This document shows positions 8,923 through 16,991 of a stretch of DNA of 64,000 nucleotides, one piece after another (position 1 is the stretch's first letter; each line of letters opens with the position of its first letter). The translations under genes were made by a program, and so were the position numbers. The notes under the pieces are model-generated. The model was not told the origin of the DNA. It saw nothing but the letters and a program-made list of their open reading frames with translations, and searched no databases. Origin of the DNA: an uncultured Armatimonadetes bacterium (GTDB taxonomy: Bacteria > Armatimonadota > UBA5829 > DTJY01); assembly GCA_963717145.1 (NCBI GenBank), contig OY970325.1:1504001-1568000 (forward strand). The letters are read 5' to 3'.

Positions 8923-9987
8923 CGGGGCGTCATCCACGATGTAGTTCACCGCGAGGAAGCTCCCGGGCGCGGTCTCGACCCAGCCGGTGTATCCGCTGTC
9001 CGAGTGCGGGCTGCGGTCGTGATCAAGCGGGAGGATCACCCCATCCTGCTGCTTGCGGACCGGATCGAGCGCGCTCTTCGCGGACTCCAGGTATGCGAAT
9101 GTGTTCTTGGCCCACTTGGTGTGTCCGCCGGTGTAGTGGCGGTAGGTGATCAGCACCTTGCCTGATCTGGTGACATGTGCGACGGGGCGGTGGCCCGCAC
9201 CCATGAGCGTCTCGAACGGGCCTTGCCAGGTGAGCCCGCCATCCGTGGAGATGCACTTGTAGATCGGCCTCCCCTGCCCCGTGTTCTCGCGCATGTAGCA
9301 GATCAACTCGCCACCGGGCATCTCGATGATCGACGCCTCGCAGAAGTCGTAGCCCTTCCGTGACGCCACAGTGATCGGAGCGCTCCATGTGGCGCCCTTG
9401 TCGGCACTCCTGTGCACGTATTGGGCGGTGCTGCCGGTCGCCTTGTCGCGGGAATGGGTCGCCAGCAGCCAATCGCCGCTCTTCAGCTCGACCACCTCAT
9501 CCGGCATGATGCCGTGGACGCCGGTGACCTTCGGCACGGACCACGTCTCGCCGTTGTCGTTGCTGAAGAAGAGCAGGTTCTCGGCCTTCTTCACGCCCGC
9601 ATTGGTCTCATCGGGGCAAGCGAGAAGATCGCACACTATAAGCAGGCGGCCGTCCTTCAACTGCTGGACCTTCGGGCAGTTATACTTCGAGATGCAGTCG
9701 TTCTCGCGCTTGACATCGATCAGCACCTTGCGGTCGGAGAATGTCTTGCCCGCGTCGTCACTCGTTCGGACGATGATGCGGCAGAAGGTGATCGGCTGAT
9801 GGCCATCGCTCTCCCGATAGACGAGCACGATCCGCCCACTCTTCGTCTGAGTCAGGCTCGGGAAACACTCGTGCGCCGAGTCATCCCGGCTGATGGTGAA
9901 CTTCTCGATGGACACTCCGATACCTCCTGTGGCGGCGATTGACGCGCAGAGCATGAGGGCAAGCATGGCTAATGGTCGATGGTTCAT
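8878..9987 (-). CDS. secreted exo-alpha-sialidase-like / BNR (Asp-box) repeat protein
   Basis: Asp boxes TSDDAGKTF, FSNDNGETW, RSADKGATW, ISTDGGLTW; DSGY near C-terminus; signal peptide; ATGA overlap with upstream stop. Confidence 0.8.
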   Translation of the reverse strand: MNHRPLAMLALMLCASIAATGGIGVSIEKFTISRDDSAHECFPSLTQTKSGRIVLVYRESDGHQPITFCRIIVRTSDDAGKTFSDRKVLIDVKRENDCISKYNCPKVQQLKDGRLLIVCDLLACPDETNAGVKKAENLLFFSNDNGETWSVPKVTGVHGIMPDEVVELKSGDWLLATHSRDKATGSTAQYVHRSADKGATWSAPITVASRKGYDFCEASIIEMPGGELICYMRENTGQGRPIYKCISTDGGLTWQGPFETLMGAGHRPVAHVTRSGKVLITYRHYTGGHTKWAKNTFAYLESAKSALDPVRKQQDGVILPLDHDRSPHSDSGYTGWVETAPGSFLAVNYIVDDAPKAQIRGYRFKEEDF

Positions 9988-10754
9988 GGTTGATGGGCGT
10001 GAAAGACGATGACGCCGAAGTTCTTCGGCTGGTGATAGACGCCGGGGGAGAGCGACCACGCGAGGAACTGATCGTCCTCTGCCCCAGGCCCGACGCGCTC
10101 ACAGCGAAAGAGATTGACGCGCCAGGAGTCGCCATCCACGGGCGGGCTGCTTCGGGCGCGGCCCTTGAACTCGATCCATGGGATGGCGATCTCGACGGTG
10201 TACCCCTCGTCCGTATCCTCATGGTCATCGAGCGTGCCGTGGACCTGCGCGCCCGTCCTGAGGCCGAGTACATCGTACTTGGAGAAGATGGCGTATCTCC
10301 CCTGCCAGCCGGCTGCGGTCACGTTGAGATCGACGCCGACGTTCCGGGGGCTGACATCGATCTCCCAGTAGTGGCGTCCGCTCCAATCGGGATCGATGAA
10401 TATCTCGACGGCATCCTGAGCGAATACGGGATCATCGAACTTTGTATAGGTATTCCACACATCCCTGTCCTCGCAGTCGAACGCGACGTAGAGGTATTCA
10501 TCGTCCCACAGGAGCTTGGCGCTGGTGGAGTATACGGGCGCATAACCGGCCTGGAAGCACTCGGTGAATCCGCCGGCACTTGGGGCGCTCCCCCATTCCC
10601 GGGCGCTCAGGACTCCGTCGATCTTCATGCATGCGGGGGCACGGTAGACATCGTAGTACGACCACTGGTTCGGGTTGACGACAGCCGGCTGGATGGTGAT
10701 CACCGTCTGCGTGATGGCGAGAAATGCGATGAGGAAAGCTGACATCCGTTTCAC
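9984..10754 (-). CDS. secreted CBM9-like (DOMON-like) carbohydrate-binding protein
   Basis: IDGVLSAREW, AKLLWDDEYLYVAF, DAVEIFIDP, YTVEIAIPW, WRVNLFR, HQPKNFG. Confidence 0.8.
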   Translation of the reverse strand: MKRMSAFLIAFLAITQTVITIQPAVVNPNQWSYYDVYRAPACMKIDGVLSAREWGSAPSAGGFTECFQAGYAPVYSTSAKLLWDDEYLYVAFDCEDRDVWNTYTKFDDPVFAQDAVEIFIDPDWSGRHYWEIDVSPRNVGVDLNVTAAGWQGRYAIFSKYDVLGLRTGAQVHGTLDDHEDTDEGYTVEIAIPWIEFKGRARSSPPVDGDSWRVNLFRCERVGPGAEDDQFLAWSLSPGVYHQPKNFGVIVFHAHQP

Positions 10755-10845
10755 TCCCTTTCGCGGGTAGTATAGCGGAACGGACGAATGAAGGCAAATG
10801 GAGTAGTCGAGGAGTAACGAAGCCGTCTCGTCGCCCGCTCAGACA

Positions 10846-10941
10846 GGATGACCCTCACCCCAACCCTCTCCCTCAGAGGGAGAGGGGGTCGTCTGGTGCT
10901 CCCTCTCCCTCTGAGGGAGAGGGTTGGGGTGAGGGTCATCC
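10846..10941. repeat. intergenic inverted repeat of CCCTCACCCCAACCCTCTCCC-N-GGGAGAGGG units (BoxC-like)
   Basis: ggatgaccctcaccccaaccctctccctcagagggagaggg...ccctctccctctgagggagagggttggggtgagggtcatcc. Confidence 0.85.
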
Positions 10942-10971
10942 GGCCTCGGACAGGTCCGACTGAGCTGTCAA

Positions 10972-11394
10972 CTAGATCGGGTTCAGCCGCCCCGGAATCA
11001 TGCTGAGGAGCTTCCCATCCTTATCCACAAAGAGCGTCCAGTCGAAGGTCCCCTTGTCGCTGGTCGCCGTCCAGGTCTTCTGCACGGAGTCCTTGCCGAA
11101 TGCCTGGGCGAACGGGCCCTCAACGGGTCCCTCTGACTTGAATTTGAGCGTCTTGACCGCGCCGTAGACCTGCTTCATCTGTGCGGCGGCCTGGGGGAGC
11201 TGCGCCTTGACCTGCGGGTTGTCCAGCGCCTTCCGTGCCTCCGGGTTCAGGGTGTCCTGAATCGGTTCCAATGATCCCGCGTACATGCAGTCCATCACCT
11301 GGCGGGCATACCGGGTATCCGTGTCCTGGTACCAGTAATACGCTCCGCCCGCTACCGCCAGGATCAGAGCGATAATAAGTCCATTCCTCAACAT
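10972..11394 (-). CDS. hypothetical membrane-anchored protein
   Basis: N-terminal TM/signal helix, CAGGAGG RBS, GC3-rich codons. Confidence 0.7.
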   Translation of the reverse strand: MLRNGLIIALILAVAGGAYYWYQDTDTRYARQVMDCMYAGSLEPIQDTLNPEARKALDNPQVKAQLPQAAAQMKQVYGAVKTLKFKSEGPVEGPFAQAFGKDSVQKTWTATSDKGTFDWTLFVDKDGKLLSMIPGRLNPI

Positions 11395-11429
11395 ATACCT
11401 CCTGAAATCTCGTTGCTGTCACCTATACA

Positions 11430-11456
11430 GACGCGCGGGACGCCCATAAGGTTGCA
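11430..11456 (-). promoter_or_regulatory. putative ECF-sigma promoter TGCAAC-N17-CGTC
   Basis: minus strand TGCAAC cttatgggcgtcccgcg CGTC, ~35 nt before ATG 11394. Confidence 0.55.
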
Positions 11457-11508
11457 CGACCGCCGGCGGACCGTGTTATCATTCCTCGTCCCGCTTACGT
11501 CTAATCAG

Positions 11509-11535
11509 CGAAACCTGCGGTCCGCTCAGGTCGTA
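11509..11535 (+). promoter_or_regulatory. putative ECF-sigma promoter CGAAAC-N17-CGTA for htrA
   Basis: cgaaac ctgcggtccgctcaggt cgta, ~40 nt before ATG 11577. Confidence 0.5.
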
Positions 11536-11576
11536 GGTATCTCTGACAGACAATCCACTCTCAGCCAGGTGATGAC

Positions 11577-12632
11577 ATGCAGACAAAGCGTTTTCAGGTA
11601 CTCCTCGCAGCAATCGCTGTTGCGGTTCTCCTCGGCGGGGTCCCCGTGTTCCCCGCTCCGCCGGAAGTCAGCGCGCAATCGCAGACCGCAGTGGTCAAGG
11701 CGGTCCAGACCGTCGGGCCGGCGGTCGTAAACATCGACACTCTATCCCGACCGAAGCAGACCGCGTTCGACTTCTCGAACTTCTTCGGCGAGCCGCAGCC
11801 CGAGCAGGGACAGGCGTCGGGCTGGGTCTACGACGGCCAGAAGGGCTATATCGTCACCAACGAACACGTCATCCATGGAGCGGACGAGATCACGGTCACG
11901 ATGCCCGACAAGAAGCAATACGTTGCGAAACTGATCGGACGAGATCGAGTGAGCGACATCGCGGTCGTCAAGGTCGAGGCGAAGGGCCTCCCGAGCGCCA
12001 AGCTGTCGAAGGGCGGCGATCCGGTGATCGGCTCGTGGGCGATCGCGATCGGCAACCCGTTCGGATTCCAGAACACGGTGACCGTCGGGGTCATCAGCGC
12101 GACGGATCGTCGGCTCAAGGCCCCTGATGGCCGCGAGATGGAGAACCTCATCCAGACCGACGCGGCGATCAACCCCGGCAACTCGGGCGGTCCGCTCTGC
12201 GACATAGACGGCAATGTCGTCGCGATGAACACGGCGATCATCCCCTACGGCCAGGGTCTCGGTTTCGCGATACCGGCGAAGACGATCTCCAAGGTGGTTC
12301 CCGAGCTGATCAAGAACGGACGGATCATCCGTCCGTGGACCGGTTTCGCCTCAGCCGATGCGAGTCCGAAGCTTGCCAGGTGGTTCAGAGTGACGTACAC
12401 CGAGGGCGTGATCATCCAGGTGTACCGGGGTTACGCCGCCGAGGAAGCCGGACTCAGGAACGGTGACATCATCGTGGAGGCCGCCGGTAAACCGATCAAG
12501 ACTTCCGAAGATCTGGAGGCTGCGATCGGGAAGCACAAGGTGGGCGACAAACTCCCTCTGGTGGTGGTCCGCAGTGGTGGGCGAACCAAAGCTACGGTGA
12601 TCCTGGGCGAAAAGCCGGTGGACATGCAGTAG
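11577..12632 (+). CDS. htrA: HtrA/DegP-family trypsin-like serine protease with one PDZ domain
   Basis: IVTNEHVI, DIAVVKV, IGNPFG, IQTDAAINPGNSGGPL, C-terminal PDZ (AGLRNGDII). Confidence 0.93.
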   Translation: MQTKRFQVLLAAIAVAVLLGGVPVFPAPPEVSAQSQTAVVKAVQTVGPAVVNIDTLSRPKQTAFDFSNFFGEPQPEQGQASGWVYDGQKGYIVTNEHVIHGADEITVTMPDKKQYVAKLIGRDRVSDIAVVKVEAKGLPSAKLSKGGDPVIGSWAIAIGNPFGFQNTVTVGVISATDRRLKAPDGREMENLIQTDAAINPGNSGGPLCDIDGNVVAMNTAIIPYGQGLGFAIPAKTISKVVPELIKNGRIIRPWTGFASADASPKLARWFRVTYTEGVIIQVYRGYAAEEAGLRNGDIIVEAAGKPIKTSEDLEAAIGKHKVGDKLPLVVVRSGGRTKATVILGEKPVDMQ

Positions 12633-12762
12633 ATAGTGCACCGTGAACAGTGAACGGTGGGCAGTGGGTTGGGGCGGGAGTTGTATTCCCGCCCCTTCTG
12701 CTGTCGGGATCAGGATGCACGCCCAACCCACATACCGCTTGGTTGCGAATCTTCCGAGTCGA

Positions 12763-12789
12763 TGCAACTAAAATGCAGTGACAACCGTC
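12763..12789 (+). promoter_or_regulatory. putative ECF-sigma promoter TGCAAC-N17-CGTC upstream of the three tandem paralogues
   Basis: tgcaac taaaatgcagtgacaac cgtc; boxes and spacing identical to 11430-11456. Confidence 0.55.
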
Positions 12790-12846
12790 TACCATGTAGA
12801 AAGACTACTGTGTTGCGCGACCGTGCTTCTGCGGCATGCGGAAGCC

Positions 12847-12953
12847 GTAGGGGCGGGCTTCTACGCCCGCCCGCAGACGGGAGGCCGTTGAAGACCTCCC
12901 CCTACGAATGCTGACTATTACACAGACGGGAGGCCGTTGAAGACCTCCCCTAC
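12847..12953. repeat. GTAG-type REP cluster (one forward, two reverse units)
   Basis: GTAGgggcgggc ttctac gcccgccc, then two copies of gacgggaggccgttgaagacctcccCTAC. Confidence 0.8.
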
Positions 12954-12976
12954 CGGAATCACTGAGAGGAGCGACC

Positions 12977-14920
12977 ATGCGCCGTGTACTTATCCCTTTG
13001 TTCATCGTCCTCATATCTGCAGGAGCGTGGGCACAAGACGCAAAGCCCGACAAGCCGGATGCCCGACTCGACCAGAAAGTCACCCTCGAAGTCAGCCACA
13101 CCAAGCTTGAGGACGTTTGCACGTACCTGACCGAAGAGACCGGAGTCACGATCAAGGCCGGGAGCGGGGAGCGGGACTGGAAGGTCCGCGAGCGCAAGGT
13201 CACGATCCAGGCGAAGGATGTGAAGCTCGATACGCTGATGAAGGAGATCTCCAGGCTGCTCGGGTTCTACCTGTCGAAGAGCGGCAAGGAGGGCGAGTGG
13301 GCGTACCTCTACTGGCAGGACAAGAAGAACCGCGACCTAGAGGCCGAGATGTTGAGCGCCGAGAAAGAGGCCGCCGCACAGCGCGCTCGGAAGATGTGCG
13401 AATCGGCGATCGATCAGGCCTCCGATGCATTGAAACTCACTCCTGAAGAGGCGCTCAAGAAGAAGAGCGAGGATCCGCTGCTGGCCTACATGGGCGGAAC
13501 GAGATCCGGGCGGGGATTCGCGCAGTTGCTGGAATCGCTCAACGGCCTCCAGACCGAGCGTGAACTCCTGATGCGGGGTCAGAACACCATGATCGAACTG
13601 AGCGGCGCGATGCTGAAGGCGGCGATGGATGCTGCTTCCGGTGGGATCATCGCTAGCGAGATGAAGGGTCAGAACAGGGAGTTTCCCGGTGACCTGGAAC
13701 CCTACCAGTTAACTATCATGCCCCTCAACGAGGCGGAGAACTTCGAAGCCGGGGTGCTCGGAGTCGGCGGCTTCATCGCAATATCGGGAGTCAATCCGGG
13801 ACAGACACCGACCACCAACGGGGAGAACCCTTTCGGCCAGGGAGACATGATGGGCATGTTCCTTCTGGCGGATCCGAATTCCAAGGTCAGCGACCTGTTT
13901 GCGAGTTTTCTGTTCGACATCGAGTCGGGAATGAGCGCTGAGGAAGCCAACCGCAAGATCAACGAGGAGATGCAGAAACCGGAGTTGCTTGCCTCTGTCC
14001 TTGCCAAGGATTCACCGACGGAGAAGGATCCACCGACCGACCCCAGGCTGACGCGCGAGGTCGAGATCAGCGACAAGATCGGCAAGTCTGCCGGCATTAC
14101 CGACCTCAATGATAGCCCGGAGAACACCGGGAAGACGATGGCCGAGATTTCGAGAGCACTCGGCGTCCCGGTACTCTTCGAGTCATTTGCCAGGCTCATG
14201 CCCGTGTCCGTTTTCGTGAAGCCGGGCAAGCAGCCGCTCTACAAGGTACTGATCGGCCTGGAGAAATGCGATCTCAACTGGGAACTCGATGACGATGCGC
14301 TCCGGATTCGGCCGCGGAACTGGGCGCTCCGCAGGTCATATGAGATCCCCGACCGTTTCATCGCCCACTACAAGGACCTCCTCGAGAAGCAGGGCGAGCT
14401 TACCCTAGATGACATCGCGGACGTGGCACTCGCTCTCACCGACGGGCAGATCGGGAACACCCTGCTCGCGGACCCCGACCTGGGTTGGCTGTTCAACTCC
14501 ATCTTCGGCGAGATGGTGGGGCAAGGCAAGACAATAGTCAGGCTGTACGGTTCCCTGACCGCGCCGCAGAAGTCGGCTCTGAGTACCGAGGCCGGGCTGC
14601 CGTTCTCACAGCTCACCGGCGAGCAGTGGGACCGAGCGAGCAGCCTCATCTCCAGCGGATTCGGCGGCGTCTACGTGCAGGACGGAAGCATTCGGTTGAA
14701 ACCTGACACCAATCCAGCGGAGACACAGAGGTCAGTGCACAACTACTACTTCGAGATCAGCGTTCAGGTAGCTGACGAAGCGAAACCTCGCATGCTGCCT
14801 GAAAGGATCTCGGTGATGGGCAAGGAGACGATCGCCTCCGTGAAGAAGCAGCGGGATGAAACGGCGGCGGCGAGGAAGAAGGCCGCCGAAGAACAGCAGA
14901 AGACCGAACCGGCGAAGTGA
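12977..14920 (+). CDS. secreted protein with STN-like (secretin/TonB short N-terminal) domains, paralogue 1 of 3
   Basis: signal peptide; DARLDQKVTLEVSHTKLEDVCTYLTEETGVTI; second STN-like segment DPRLTREVEI...EISRALGVPVLFES; colinear with the next two ORFs. Confidence 0.75.
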   Translation: MRRVLIPLFIVLISAGAWAQDAKPDKPDARLDQKVTLEVSHTKLEDVCTYLTEETGVTIKAGSGERDWKVRERKVTIQAKDVKLDTLMKEISRLLGFYLSKSGKEGEWAYLYWQDKKNRDLEAEMLSAEKEAAAQRARKMCESAIDQASDALKLTPEEALKKKSEDPLLAYMGGTRSGRGFAQLLESLNGLQTERELLMRGQNTMIELSGAMLKAAMDAASGGIIASEMKGQNREFPGDLEPYQLTIMPLNEAENFEAGVLGVGGFIAISGVNPGQTPTTNGENPFGQGDMMGMFLLADPNSKVSDLFASFLFDIESGMSAEEANRKINEEMQKPELLASVLAKDSPTEKDPPTDPRLTREVEISDKIGKSAGITDLNDSPENTGKTMAEISRALGVPVLFESFARLMPVSVFVKPGKQPLYKVLIGLEKCDLNWELDDDALRIRPRNWALRRSYEIPDRFIAHYKDLLEKQGELTLDDIADVALALTDGQIGNTLLADPDLGWLFNSIFGEMVGQGKTIVRLYGSLTAPQKSALSTEAGLPFSQLTGEQWDRASSLISSGFGGVYVQDGSIRLKPDTNPAETQRSVHNYYFEISVQVADEAKPRMLPERISVMGKETIASVKKQRDETAAARKKAAEEQQKTEPAK

Positions 14921-14962
14921 TGCTGGTTACTGGATACTGAATTCCGCAGAGGAGGAACAACC

Positions 14963-16969
14963 ATGAACCGTACCTGCTGGCTGGCAGCATTCCTATTCGC
15001 ATTGGTCGCTACATCGGCAATCAGCGCCGAGAAAGCCTTGACTGACAACGCCGATCCCCGGCTCGACAAGAGGATCACCATCTCCGTGGCCCACACCAAG
15101 CTCGAGGACGTGGTCAAGCAGCTCTTCGAGCAATCGGGAGTCGAGATCAAGGCCGGGACTGGAGCGCGCGACTGGAAGGTCCGCGAGCGGAAAGTCACCA
15201 TCGAGGCGAAAGACGTCCGGCTCGGGACCGTGTTGGACCAGCTTTCGAAGCTGCTCGGGTTCTATGTGTCCAAGAGTGGCAAGAAGGACGAGTGGGCATA
15301 CACCTTCTGGCAAGACATGAAGGCCCGGCTCCTCGAGTCCGAGATGCTGAACGCCGAGCGGGAGGCGCTCGCGCAGCGGTCCGTGGCCATGCGTCAGAGC
15401 GCACTCGACACCGCGGCGGATGCGCTGAAGCTCTCTCCTGAGGAAGCCATGAAGAAGAAGGACACCGATCCATGGTTGGCATACCTCGGCGGAACCAAGG
15501 ACGGGCGGGGATATGCCTCACTGCTGGATTACCTCGGCGGGAACTTCCCCATCGAGCGCGACCTGATGCTCAGAGGGAAGAAGACGACTTTCCCGCTGGA
15601 GAACCTCCCGCCGTATCTGCAGCAGGCCCTCGATGATACCAGGATGGGCGGCTTCATGGCCATGGCAACGGACAACATCCCACCCGAGGCTCAGGAGATG
15701 TTCAAGGGTCTCACTGCCTATGAACTCACCGTGATGCCTATGACAGGGATGGGCGGAGGAGAGCAGGAGATGTCCGCGGCCGGTTTCGGCGGCATGGTGA
15801 TGATGATGGCCAAGATGCCCAAAGAATTCGGCGGCGGGGGAATGGACTCGGAGTTCGGAGGCGGGTTCCCTATGGGGATGTTCCCGCTGAGCGGTTCGGA
15901 CACTTTGATGGGCAAGATATGCGGCAAGATGCTTCTCAGCGTCGAGGACGGACCGAAGGACGGAGACATAGGAAGCCGGATGTCGAAGACGGCCGAGGAG
16001 ATGGGAGACCCGGCGGCTCTCATTGCAGACACAATGGCCCGCGAATCCCCGACCGAGAAGGAGCCGCCAACCGATCCCGAACTGCTCAAGGAGGTGGAAC
16101 TGGGCGAGCTTCCGACGTTCAGTATGACGCAGGCGGATTCCGATTCCCCGAAGTCGATCGGCAAGGAAGTCGTCGCGATATCGAAGGCCATCGGAAAGCC
16201 CGTGCTGCTCGAATCCTTCATCGGATCGATGCCGATCAGCCTGTACGTGAAGGCCGGGAAGCAGCCGCTCTACAAGATCCTCATCGGGGCAGAGAAAGCC
16301 GGCTACACCTGGACGTTCGGTGACGGCACGCTCAGACTCCGCCCGGATGACTGGGCGCTCCGGCGCTCATACGAAATTCCCGAGAGTCTGATGGCCAGGT
16401 ACCGCGACATCCTCACGAGGAACGGCGAGTTCACACTGGACGATCTTGCCACTATCGTGATCGAGTTGACCGACGACCAGATCGACAATACGTTGGCGAA
16501 GGAGCCCGAGTTCCTGTTCCCGCTTGCGAGTCTGCGGAACTTCGGGTCCGGCGGCACCAGGGAGCTTCTGAGGCTCTATGGCAGCATGACCGGACCGCAG
16601 AAGGGGACGCTGACCGCGGATGCCGGCCTGGGCTTCTCCCAGTTGAGCGGAGCGCAGTGGGACCGGCTGAACCAGATCATCAGCGAAGAACTCGGCGGCG
16701 TGTACATCCTGGATGGCGTCATCAAGCTCACGATGCCGGGAGCAGGCGAGCAGGCGGCGATGGCCGGGATGTCCAGGTACAAGTTCGAGTTTGCGGTGCA
16801 GGTCGGCGGCGAAGAGAAGCCCCGGACGTTCTCGAAGACGGCCATGACTTACGGCAAGGCTCAGTTGCAGGAGATGCAGAAGAATCTCGACGCCGCCAAG
16901 AAGAAAGCCGAGGCGGACAAGGCCGAGAAAGACAAGCAGAGCCAGGAAGCACCGAAGACGGACCAGTAG
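14963..16969 (+). CDS. secreted STN-like domain protein, paralogue 2 of 3
   Basis: GAGGAGG RBS, signal peptide, RDWKVRERKVTI, PTEKEPPTDP, GKQPLYKILIG, WALRRSYEIP shared with neighbours. Confidence 0.75.
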   Translation: MNRTCWLAAFLFALVATSAISAEKALTDNADPRLDKRITISVAHTKLEDVVKQLFEQSGVEIKAGTGARDWKVRERKVTIEAKDVRLGTVLDQLSKLLGFYVSKSGKKDEWAYTFWQDMKARLLESEMLNAEREALAQRSVAMRQSALDTAADALKLSPEEAMKKKDTDPWLAYLGGTKDGRGYASLLDYLGGNFPIERDLMLRGKKTTFPLENLPPYLQQALDDTRMGGFMAMATDNIPPEAQEMFKGLTAYELTVMPMTGMGGGEQEMSAAGFGGMVMMMAKMPKEFGGGGMDSEFGGGFPMGMFPLSGSDTLMGKICGKMLLSVEDGPKDGDIGSRMSKTAEEMGDPAALIADTMARESPTEKEPPTDPELLKEVELGELPTFSMTQADSDSPKSIGKEVVAISKAIGKPVLLESFIGSMPISLYVKAGKQPLYKILIGAEKAGYTWTFGDGTLRLRPDDWALRRSYEIPESLMARYRDILTRNGEFTLDDLATIVIELTDDQIDNTLAKEPEFLFPLASLRNFGSGGTRELLRLYGSMTGPQKGTLTADAGLGFSQLSGAQWDRLNQIISEELGGVYILDGVIKLTMPGAGEQAAMAGMSRYKFEFAVQVGGEEKPRTFSKTAMTYGKAQLQEMQKNLDAAKKKAEADKAEKDKQSQEAPKTDQ

Positions 16970-16991
16970 CGCTGCACTAGGAGGAACGGTT

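Noticed and set aside
12847-12953. CRISPR array
   Set aside because: Only 2-3 units in mixed orientation, no unique spacers of regular length and no cas genes; fits REP elements
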